A stretch of 64,000 nucleotides of DNA from positions 4,640,677-4,704,676 of the forward strand of contig MU054117.1 of the NCBI GenBank assembly GCA_013239625.1, in the 5' to 3' direction. Each line of letters opens with the position of its first letter. Within the stretch, counting starts at the first letter, position 1. The stretch is from Lama guanicoe. Its lineage: Eukaryota. Of this stretch, positions 40,321-50,074 are shown in pieces. The notes beneath the pieces are model-generated. The model saw only the letters and a program-made list of their open reading frames with translations. It ran no database searches and was not told where the DNA came from. A program made the position numbers and the translations under genes.

Positions 40321-40773
40321 GTGACAGATTGCAGCACCTGCAGCTCTCCAGCTCAGAAATTGCAGTCTCCCAACGCAGGCCACGCCCAGCCCCGTCGGCC
40401 ACCCGGGGCCTGGGGGCGGAGCCTTCTCCGGCGCCGAAGTGCCCGGGCCAGCACGAGGCGGGGAGGCGTGGGTTGATGGAGGGAGTAGGTAGGGCACCCA
40501 CCGAAAGTTGGGGTGGGTCCCGGCCACTGGGGAGCCTTCGTCTGGCGTCAGCCTCCCTTTCTTCGCCCCGCCTCTCTTCCCGTACTTCCCTCTCCACTTT
40601 CTTGGGGGCTGGTTGGGAGCAAAAGGGTGCATGCAGTGAAGTCAGGTCCTGAAACCACCAGGGGATTTTGTTTTTTTTTTGCGGGGGAGCAGGTGGAAAG
40701 AAAGGAGAACAGTGAACAGGCCTCTGGCTCCTGCACGAATGGCTTCACCCAGAGGCAAAGGCAGCCGCGGTGA

Positions 40774-40799
40774 CACTTCCTCAGAGTGAAAGCGAAAGT
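40774..40799 (+). promoter_or_regulatory. TAPBPL: ETS site (CACTTCCT) and ISRE/IRF-E (GAAAGCGAAAGT)
   Basis: GAAANNGAAA consensus at 40788-40799, ~150 nt before the ATG; TAPBPR is known to be interferon-inducible. Confidence 0.75.
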
Positions 40800-40950
40800 C
40801 AAGTAGGCAGAGAGGACAGAAGAGAAGGGGACAGGAGCTGCCAGCGAGGGGTGCTTGGAGCCCCCTTTGCAGCCGGGACCTTGCCTGCGGTCGGGGGTGG
40901 GCAGGGAGACTGGAAGGGCGGCGGGAGAGGAGGGCCTGAGAGCAGCCCCC

Positions 40951-41011
40951 ATGGGCGCCAAGGAATGGTGCCTGCTGATCTGCTTGGCTCTCTCCAGGGC
41001 GGCAGACGCCG
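40951..41011 (+). CDS. TAPBPL: TAPBPL coding exon 1 (signal peptide)
   Basis: MGAKEWCLLICLALSRAADA; donor CCG|GTGAGT. Confidence 0.93.
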
Positions 41012-44000
41012 GTGAGTCGCGAAGGGCTGGCTGGTGGGGCTTGTTGGGCTAAAACAACATCAGGTAGCCCCTCGCTGAGACCCCAAAAGGGAAAAAGGGC
41101 CGGGGATGGCTTCCAGTCGCCTCCTAAGCCCAGCGGGTGGAAGGCTCAGCGGCTGATAGTGTAAGGATCCAATTGTGCTGGGAAGAGAGGCTGACAGCTC
41201 TGTGCGGAAAGGGTCAAATGAAGAAATGAGGGGCCCCTTCGGTGGATGTGCTGGGGGCTGCTGTCCTATTGGAGAGGGCATTGGCCTGGGAGCAGACACC
41301 TTCAGGAAAGGAAGAGAGGCCCTAGCTAGGAAATCGCTTTGGGGGTGCCACCAGAGGTGGGGGAGGGGAGAGCCACCTGTAATGGCCCAGAGCCCGCAGA
41401 CCGTGGGGGCTGGCTGGGGAGTAGACACAGCTGCCATCACCCTCACTGCCACGCAAACCCGCCTCAATTTTGCTGCAAATTCCTATGACTGAAGGGATAG
41501 TTTTTCATGTGATAGTTGGATATAACAGTTTCCTAAACCTGTCTGGAGCAAGGTAAATCCAGGACTTTAAATCACACCAAGAAGTATGTACCTGGAGAAG
41601 CAGGTGCTATCCAGAAAGCTGGTTCTGGGTAAAACAGGAGAAGAGAGGGACATGGAGACAGCTAGGAACAGGGAAGGCTACCCGCTGATGACTCGACAGT
41701 TTGGGGCAGGGGAGCAAGTATAGAAGTAACTTTCTAGGCAAGAGGGTGCTCACCCCAGCCTTTTGCCTGCAGCAGAGAGGCAGTGGCGGGCAGTGGATGT
41801 GGTGCTAGACTGCTTCCTGGTGAAGGAAGGTGCTCACCATGGAGCTTTTGCCAGCAGTAGGAACACGGTAAAGGCCTTGTTGGTGCTGAAGCAGGTGCCA
41901 GTGCCAGATGATGGCTCCCTAGAAGGCCTCACAGATTTCCAAGGGGGCACACTGGCCAAGGACGACGCCCAGATTATCTTCGAGGCCTCAGGTAAGAACC
42001 CTCTACCCTGTGTCCCAGTCCGTCTGGGCTCCCACCAGTTCTGGAGCCCAGTTCCCAAGGACACCTGCCACACCTGCTTCCCGTCAGCCCAGGTGTTCTC
42101 AATCCAGCTCGACCCCTGTGCTGCCCTTCTCCCCCAGTGAACCTGGTACAGATGCCCCAGGCCGAGGCCTTGCTCCACGCTGACTGCAGCGGGAATGATG
42201 TGACCTGTGAGATCTCCCACTACTCTCTCCAGGCCAGGCAAGAGGCCGCCATGGAGACGGCAGCCTGGTTCATCACCAACGTGCAGGTGTCTGGAGGGGG
42301 ACCTAGTATATCCATGGTGATGAAAACTCTCAGAGATGCTGAGAATGGGGCTGTCTTGCATCCCACGCTGAACCTGCCCCTTAGCCCCCAGAGGACTGTG
42401 CGAACTGCAGGTGAGAAAATGAAAAACAGCACAAAGAAAGTTGTGTTTTTTTTAAGTGGTCAGAGATGGGAGAATAGTAGAAGGGGACATGTCCACCTCC
42501 ATGCATATGGGTCATCTCAGGGTGTCCTCTAGGCCTCAGTCCTCTCTTCCTAAAGACCCCAAATGGGGACAGTTTTCACCTTGCTGGGTGGCCTGAGGAC
42601 ATAAGACATGGGTGGCTCTATTCCTCTATGCTGTCCACAGCAGTCTCACTGAGCCAAGCAGCAGTTTCTCCCCAGCACAGCTAGCCTGGGTGCTTCAAGA
42701 TGACGCGAACAGAGCACAGGCACGGGGGATTTGTTCATTATCTCTTACCAGTAAACCCCGGTCCTTGCCCTCTACAACCTTGCACGTCCCAGGGGACACA
42801 GGAAATTGAGAACATGGTGACAAGTTTCTCCAAAATGCATCAAATCCAATATTTTGTCAGAAGAGACAGCCAAGTCCAGAGGAGATTAGGGGGCTACCCT
42901 CCTATCCTTAGAAAGCTCCAGAACACTCAAACCATCCTGTGGTCCACCCTAAATGTATCCTGCTACATCAGAAAAAGGGTCCTCATGTCTGTCCAGGGTC
43001 AGCCATAGTCCTAGCAAGGCTAGGCATTGCCCCCCTTTTGGGGGAGGTATTTCAAACCTATGAAAAAGGTGAACTAATAATAAACACCTGTATACCATGC
43101 ACCTGGATTCACCAGTTAACATGTTGCCACATCCTCTCACCCTCCCTCACCCTCTTCTCCATATATTTTCCCCCTTCTTAACTGAGAATAAACTGCAGAC
43201 ATAACCACACTTCATCCCAAATGCTTCCAGGGATAGCGTGTGTTAGTTTATAACCAAAGACAAGAATGTTCTCCATTATCGGGGGGGAGGGTATAGCTCA
43301 GTGGTAGAGTGCATGCCTAGTATGCATGAGGTCCTAGGTTCAATCCCCAGTACCTCCATTAAAAAAAAAAAACTAAATAAAAATTTAAAAAACAATTACC
43401 TCCCCACCAAAATAAAACAAACAAATTTTTTTTAAATTAAAAAAAAAAGAATGTTCTCCATTATCATAAAACCATTGCCTCAGCAGCCAGCCCTGGTGGG
43501 GAGTGGTCTACTGGGGGTGTGGGCAGTATCGGGGTGCAGGGTGCAGGTAACTCAGTAATGCATGTTCTCAGCATTACTCTCCACTGGCAATTCTGAACCG
43601 TATCAGTGATAACACACTCCTCCCTGCCAGCGCGGACTGTCCCCATCTCCCCCCACCATGGCCTGGTCTGCTCCTGATAACCATTTTAAAACTGATACAA
43701 TAATATTATCAAATATAAAGTCCAAATTCAAACATCTTCATTTGCCCCTGTAGTGGTCTTTACAGCTTTCAGGGTTTTTGTTTTGTTTTGTTTTTGGAGG
43801 CCAGGGTTCAAACAAGGATTGTGCATGGCATACAGTTGTCCTGTTCCTTCAGCACCCTTTACTCCAGAAGTCTTCAGAGCCTGGGCGTTTCGGAGCCCAG
43901 GCCACTGTCTTGTAGACATCCTGGCATTTGGATTTATCTGATTGTTTTCCTAATTAGACTGAGGTTCAGCCCATTTGGCACAAATACCGCCACTGTGTGC

Positions 44001-47000
44001 TTTTTCAAACTGACTCCTTTAGTCTTCTCAGCAGATGAGCTTGGCGACACTGAGCAGCTCGTCCAAGGTCACAGAGCCAGTTAAGTGGAAGTGCCTGGCT
44101 TCCAAAAGCTCTGTCTGTCACTCCACTAGTTGTTACCGGAGGGTCAACAGTAATCCAGAGTTTTCCATGTGTATTTCTCTCAGGCCATAACTTTCATCAG
44201 ATCAGCCAAGGGGTAAGTGACTCCAAAAAGTACCATGTGTGCCATGCTGCCTCTCACCACACCCCGAGCATGCCACAGCTCAGAGACCAGGTGGCCTCAA
44301 ACAGGGAGCAGTCCCCAGTCATCCCTCTTTCTCTCCCACAGTGGAGTTCCAGGTGACAGCACGGACCCCGTCCCTGAACCTCCTGCTGGGGTCCTCAGTC
44401 TCCCTGCCCTGTGGCTTCTCCATGGCACCAGGCTTGGTCCTCACCAACGTGGAGTGGCGGCTGCAGCACATGGGCAGTGGACGACTGGTGTACAGCTGGA
44501 CCACGGGGCAGGGGCAGGCCAAGCGGGAGGGCGCCACCCTGGAGCCTGAGCAGCAACTCCTCGCTGGGGATGCCTCCCTCACCCTCCCCAGCCTCACTGT
44601 GAAGGATGAAGGGGCCTATATATGCCAGATCTCCACCTCCCGCTTCCGAGCGCAACAGATTATCCAGCTCCACGTCCAAGGTGAGACCAGACCTCAGTAA
44701 TCTGGGGAGAGGGAAAGGGATACGCCTGTTGGGAGTGTTGCCCAGAGTGAGATCAAACACAGGGGCAGTTTCCCGAGAGGCAGACTGCATTCGCACGACC
44801 TGAACACCTCTCCATCCTGGAAGCCCATGTGGCATCAGATTGAGCTTCCCACCAGGCTCTGGGGTAATTCCACTGAGACACTCCCCAGCCCAGGGTCCCG
44901 CTGCCCTGCCCTGGATGGCTGTCTCCTGTTACCCCATCCACTTGGAGCACGTCCTGAGGAGGGGCAGCGGCAAACCAAGGAGGGGCTATGGGAGTGGTCC
45001 TGACCCGGAGGACTGTTTCACCACTGATAGATATCCTTTCAAATCACTGGCCTGTGTCACTAAAAAGCAAGCCAGTCTTTAGCTGGTTTTGCTATTGCTT
45101 GTCAGTTACCTGTGGAAATTGTCCCCCCTTATGTCCTGCATCCCAGATGGACCCCTCACACCACCAACACCCCCTGAGGAGGAACCTTCACCCTCCACAA
45201 CGCTCACGGGCTCAGCAGGAGAGGCTCTAGGCTCCTCAGCTGTCCCAAAGGTCCCCCTGGAATTTTATTACTCCTCCTTTCTTCCAGCTCGCCCCAAAGT
45301 ACAACTGAGCCTGGCCAACGAAGCCCTGCCAACCACCCTCATCTGCAGTGTCACCGGCTATTATCCTCTGGATGTGACTGTGACGTGGACCCGAGAGGAG
45401 CTGGATGGAGCCCGGGTCCCGGTCTCTGGCGCCTCCTTCTCCAGCCTCCGGCAGAGCACGGCAGGCACTTACAGCATCTCCTCCTCGCTGACGGCAGAAC
45501 CTGGCTCTGCGGGCGCCACTTACAGCTGCCAAGTCACCCACGTCTCCCTGGAGGAGCCTCTTGGGGCCAACACCTGGGTTGCCCCACCAGGTACAGGGGT
45601 GCCCTCCTTTCCCCACCTTCACATTTGGGCTCACAGCTCCCACCCCCTCTGGCCTGTTCTGCTTCCCACAGCGCTTTGCTCACGGTCCCAGTGGCTTCCT
45701 TCCCGCCACATGTCCCCCGAGACCTTATTACCCAGCAGGTTATGGGGTACCAGGCACAGCTGAGAGCTGGAGACCAGGGCTGAACGCCTCCTCATCCCAC
45801 CCTGGAGGAGCTTAGTCCTGCGGGGGGACAGACGAGGCAGTCAGGGAGGATGACCCGGGGAGAGCTGCCAGCTAGCTCAGCCAGCTCGGGGGGAGAGGGG
45901 ACACCAGGACAGAAAAGAAGGCACATGTGGAGGCCCAGTTACAAAACTGCCTAAAAAGAATTGCGGGAACCTGCACAGCTAGAGGCAAGGCTGCGGGGGA
46001 AACGGAGGCCGTAAGCTTGAGCTCGGTCCTGAGCACCCAGACGAGTGCCCGCACATGTGGTCCTGACTGCCACTTCAGAGATGAGTAAACTGGCCTGCTG
46101 GATCTCAAGTAACTTGCCCCAGCTCACCTGCTTAGGAAATGGTAAAATAGAAAGTGTGAAAAATAGGCAGACTGATTGCCCTACAGCCTCAACCGCCCCC
46201 ACTGCTCTCGGGGGGGCAGGTAACAACAGGCCTTCAAGCTGGAACTTCATCCAGAGGCCACAGAATGTCACCGAAAGGTGTCATACCATAAAGAATCGGC
46301 ACCTTAAAATGCACACGTCCAGGCGGACTGTAAGCTTCCCTGAAATGGGGTCGTGCCTCTGTCCCCATCGTTCCCCAGCTATTTATAAAATTCCACCTTA
46401 ACTGTCAACAGCTAATCTGAACTAAATCTCTCTTGCAAAGCAGTTTGAAAAAATGTTGTCCTGAGGTGGGAAGAGGTAGAGGGTTCTGTGTGGAGGAACA
46501 AATGAACATCCACCCACCCACTTTGTATGTGGACCCTGGGTGAGAGCAGGAGTGGCCTTGATAGGGGCTCCTCGACCAGACACACACACACCCCCTCTGT
46601 CCCTCCTGCTGGGCAGACGCTGAGGGTGGGGCTCAGTATGACTCCTCCCTACTGATCCCTGTCCACGCCCCTGTCACCCACAGAGCAGGGGATGGCCTTT
46701 GGAGTCCTCTTTGCCAGCAGCCTCTTCCTCCTTGCACTGCTGTTCCTAGGGCTGCAGAGACGCCAAGGTAAGAAAGAGCCTGGTCGTCCTCCACTCTGGC
46801 CCTGACCCGCCTCACCTGGAGATCAGCCTGCTCTAACCATCGCCACACCCAGATCAGGGATGAAGCCCAAGCACCCCAAGCTCCAGCCGGCCCCCCACCA
46901 CAGCCCCCAGCTCTTGGGGTGATCCCAGCTGAACCCAAGCCTGTCCCCTCTTGTTTTCTCCTAGCTACCTCACCAAGGCCTGCCGAGACCCCGAGGCACT

Positions 47001-47008
47001 CTGGGTAG
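40951..47008 (+). CDS. TAPBPL: Tapasin-related protein TAPBPR, spliced CDS: 40951-41011, 41773-41991, 42138-42410, 44342-44680, 45288-45590, 46684-46767, 46965-47008; 440 aa
   Basis: Signal peptide, WRAVDVVLDCF, LVLKQVPV, LLHADCSG..VTCEIS, IgV (CGFSMAPG..VEWRLQH..YICQI), IgC1 (LICSVTGYYPLDV..YSCQVTHVSLEEP) and TM; all introns GT-AG phase 1; total 1323 nt. Confidence 0.97.
41773..41991 (+). CDS. TAPBPL: TAPBPL coding exon 2
   Basis: NAGNAG acceptor (CAG|CAG, alternative start 41776); AERQWRAVDVVLDCFLVKEGAHHGAFASS...IIFEAS; donor CAG|GTAAGA. Confidence 0.93.
42138..42410 (+). CDS. TAPBPL: TAPBPL coding exon 3
   Basis: Acceptor CCCCAG|; VNLVQMPQAEALLHADCSG...LSPQRTVRTA; donor CAG|GTGAGA. Confidence 0.96.
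43281..43446 (+). mobile_element. Young tRNA-derived SINE (Vic-1 type) in TAPBPL intron 3
   Basis: Near-consensus body; perfect 19-bp TSD AAGAATGTTCTCCATTATC at 43262-43280 and 43447-43465. Confidence 0.93.
44342..44680 (+). CDS. TAPBPL: TAPBPL coding exon 4 (IgV domain)
   Basis: Acceptor CCACAG|; VEFQVTARTPSL...RAQQIIQLHVQ; donor AAG|GTGAGA. Confidence 0.96.
45288..45590 (+). CDS. TAPBPL: TAPBPL coding exon 5 (IgC1 domain)
   Basis: Acceptor TTCCAG|; ARPKVQLSLANEALPTTLICS...NTWVAPP; donor CAG|GTACAG. Confidence 0.96.
46684..46767 (+). CDS. TAPBPL: TAPBPL coding exon 6 (transmembrane)
   Basis: Acceptor CACAG|; EQGMAFGVLFASSLFLLALLFLGLQRRQ; donor AAG|GTAAGA. Not in the ORF track because it is too short. 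Confidence 0.95.
46965..47008 (+). CDS. TAPBPL: TAPBPL terminal coding exon (short cytoplasmic tail)
   Basis: Strong polypyrimidine tract plus CTAG|; ATSPRPAETPRHSG*; AATAAA downstream at 47339. Confidence 0.8.
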
Positions 47009-47338
47009 CCACTCTCCTGCCTTAGACTTAAAAGATAGTCACATTCTCCCTGAAGGACTCTAAGCGGGGTCCCAGAGCTCAAAAAGGCCCCGGGAAAGGT
47101 ATGAAGAAGGCACAGGGACGCCGGCCTTCTGCCACCGCGTACCCTGGGCTGGTTTTCCGAGGGAGGAAATGTGAAGAGGTGAGAGGAAGGCAGGAGGTCT
47201 GGGTGGACGTTAAAACATGAGCCAGATTTGAAGTGCGCTGGTAGCAAAAGGTAACAGAAAAACATTAAAGAACACGTGGGGGTAGTGGGGCGAGGGGTGG
47301 GGGCTGGGCCACTACGCATAGTCCCTGAGCTCTGTCCC

Positions 47339-47344
47339 AATAAA
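47339..47344 (+). terminator. TAPBPL: Candidate TAPBPL polyadenylation signal AATAAA
   Basis: First AATAAA after the stop, followed by a pyrimidine/T-rich tract. Confidence 0.65.
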
Positions 47345-50057
47345 CCCCCCACGTCCTCGAAAGCAAAGCTTCTCCACTTTCCTGTTTTTCGCCACGCTGG
47401 GCCCCACGGAGCCCTGCCCCCCACCTCGCTGCTCCGACATGCAAAGTGTGCAAGGTGTGAAACAAAGACCCCCAGCAGAAGCCCCGGGGCCCCATCTCAG
47501 TTGTTCTGCGTAACTCTGGACTGCGGTCAAGGGCCTGCACTTGTGGACAGTTGCTGGGCCCTTCAGGACACCGACAAACCCCTCACGCCCTCAGTAGCAG
47601 AGGAGAGATTTCTCCTTTCGGTCACTTCTAAAGCGGGCCTGGTCACTGCAGGGGGACTCAGCGTGAGACAGCTGTGTGTGCGGACAACGGGGAACAGAGC
47701 CCAGGAGCGGGGAGGGAGGAGACAGCAGATGTGTGAGAAGCCTGCAGGTGTTTGTCAGGGAGATGCCCGCTCAGCTTCCTGTCACCACCCGCCACCTCCT
47801 GTACCCAGAAGACCTGGGCCCCTTCAGGTACGAAGGCTGACAGTGGAGACTGCTTCCTCCACCAGCGCCCAGATCTTTCATCTCGAGAAGACCGACGGCA
47901 CACGGAAGCCACCCTGGCCCCAAGCAAGACCACAGAGAAGCTGGAAAGAGACAGCAGCCCCCTCCGCCCAGCCTCAGACTCTCCAACCCAAACAATAACC
48001 AAATCAGTTGAGTGGTAGGAAGTTGTAATTTTTTTTTTTGCCTTTGTTTAGAATACAGGAAATTGGTAAATATGCCACATGCCTTTGGTGGAAGTACAAC
48101 TTATTACTCTATACAAGTATGAGATTGGGGTTAGGAAAAAAGACAGAAGTGATGACAGACACACAGTGGAAACCAGAGCAGGGGCTGCGGGAGGCCCGGC
48201 TCCACATGGCTGCCGAGGCCCGGCTTTAGCTGCGTATTTGTTCATGCACATGGCTGGTGGGAGCGGAGGGGGAGAGCAGACACAGAAGGGGGTTGGGGGG
48301 CTGAGAAAGAGAGTAGAAGGGCTAACATCTCCAGAAGAACAAAGCCAGCTACATCTGGGGAGCCTCAGAGGGACAGAAACCCAGGAAGTGATTCCTGTGA
48401 CGGGGTGGGCAGGGCGGGCCCAGAGGGCGGATTTGCTCCAGGCTCAGGCCACATCGAGGACAGTGGTGGTTCTTCTCCAGCGGTGACCCCCTGCACTAGG
48501 CATGGGGGAGCCCAGAGGAGAGTGGAGGCCTTCGAGGGGGCCGTTAGGAGGGTACACTGACTGCCTTCGTCCAGCTCTTCCGTCCTGCCCTGGGGCAGGA
48601 CGAAGGGAATGTGGGAACAGGGCGAAGGGAGAGGAAGGATGGTTTTGCGTCATGAAATGCTGCTGCATGGAAAGTGAGCTCAGCCCAGCCCAGCCTCAGC
48701 CTCCTAGTGCAGGTGGACGAGGGACATGGGTGGTCCCCTCAGCCAGGTCCATCTCACTCAGTACCCTTTCCTGAAGCCCATCCTCAGGGCCCACTGTGCC
48801 ACAAACCACACAGAGACGGGGGAAGGAGAGGAGGCAACATGGAATTCAGACGGGCAGGTGTGCTCTGGAGGGGAACGGGCTGCTGGAAGGACAGAGGCCA
48901 CTCTAGATGAGAAGGCCCCGTGGCGGCACAGTGGTCCACGAGCACGCCTTGTCTGCGGACTGTCCCGCCTCCTCCCCAAGACTGGGTCAGCAGGGGTACC
49001 AGGCTTCTCTAAACACTCAGGAGCGGCCAGGCCTCAGGAAGGACCTCTTGCCTCATCCCTGCCTTTGGCAGTACATCGGGGTGGTGTGGAGGAAAGGATG
49101 CCTGCGGAGTTCAGGGATCCTCATTTCCAGTGCCACATTCTCCTTTATCAACAGGACAGGAGAACAGGAGGGCAAGAAGTGGATTCCTCTGAGCTTGGTA
49201 TTTTCAAGTAAGGCCCCAGACACATGTTTCTCTATAACTAACAGGCAGTCTCTCTTTATCTAGGCCCATGAATAAATTTACATGAGAGTCTCAGACTCTG
49301 GCTATAGGAAATCATTTGATGCCCTTGTGAACAATACAGGATGCTGCAGAAAACGTGGACAAGGGACAGCCCTTCACAGGTGTGAGCCTGTGGCACTGCT
49401 TCTAGGATGGCATGAGTCCTGGTATTTTTGCTATAAATACGTGTTCTCCGGGTCTCTGGAGGACAGAGTAAAAGGCTGTAAGATCCCTGAAGACATAGAA
49501 AATCTTGGACTAACGGATTGGAACTAACTGCAAAAAAACAGGTTTGACTTTATAAAGGGTCTTGCACCAGGCCCAAGTTGGACTTTAGGCTGCCCTAGGG
49601 TCCTCCTCAGGCCTGGCACAGGAGGAGGGCTCCGAGTGGCCAAGGCATTCTCCCAGCTGTCCTCAGCCCCCTCCAGCCAGCAGCAACACCATGGGCATGA
49701 CACTCTTCTCCCTCCCCAGTCCTGCCACCTTCTTGGGCACGTCACCTCAGCGACGCCCCTTCCCTGCCCCTTGGGCTCCTACCCTTTTTGGCTTTGGGGA
49801 AACTTGAAAGAACACAAGAGGGTAGGAAGGAGATACCAGCCACCCTTCTTCAGGTGGTGACTTCCAGACTGTGCCACGAGCAGCATTTCTAGTGTCATGG
49901 GACAGAGTGCAAATGAAAGCAACAGAAGAGAAGGAGTGAGTGATGGAGAAGCAGGGCTGGGATGGAGGAAGGCGGATGGGAATGTTCTGGGGAGACACAG
50001 AGAGAGAAGGACGTGAGTTTGGGTAGCAATGGAGGACAGGGAGGGGGTGGCACATTC

Positions 50058-50074
50058 TCAAGTAAAAAAGTAGA
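50058..50074 (-). CDS. VAMP1: VAMP1 exon 5 coding part (IYFFT*)
   Basis: Minus strand GTCCAG|TCTACTTTTTTACTTGA. Confidence 0.93.

Larger units (their letters stand above)
40370..41020. promoter_or_regulatory. TAPBPL: CpG-rich TAPBPL promoter region with GC boxes
   Basis: Dense CpG and GGGGCGG/CCCCGCC boxes immediately 5' of the TAPBPL ATG. Confidence 0.75.

Noticed and set aside
46633..47998. Long ORFs of 263 aa (-) and 240 aa (+)
   Set aside because: They overlap TAPBPL exons 6-7 and UTR in GC-rich DNA and give low-complexity Pro/Gly/Arg-rich translations. Only the short segment resembling the human TAPBPL tail was kept as a finding.
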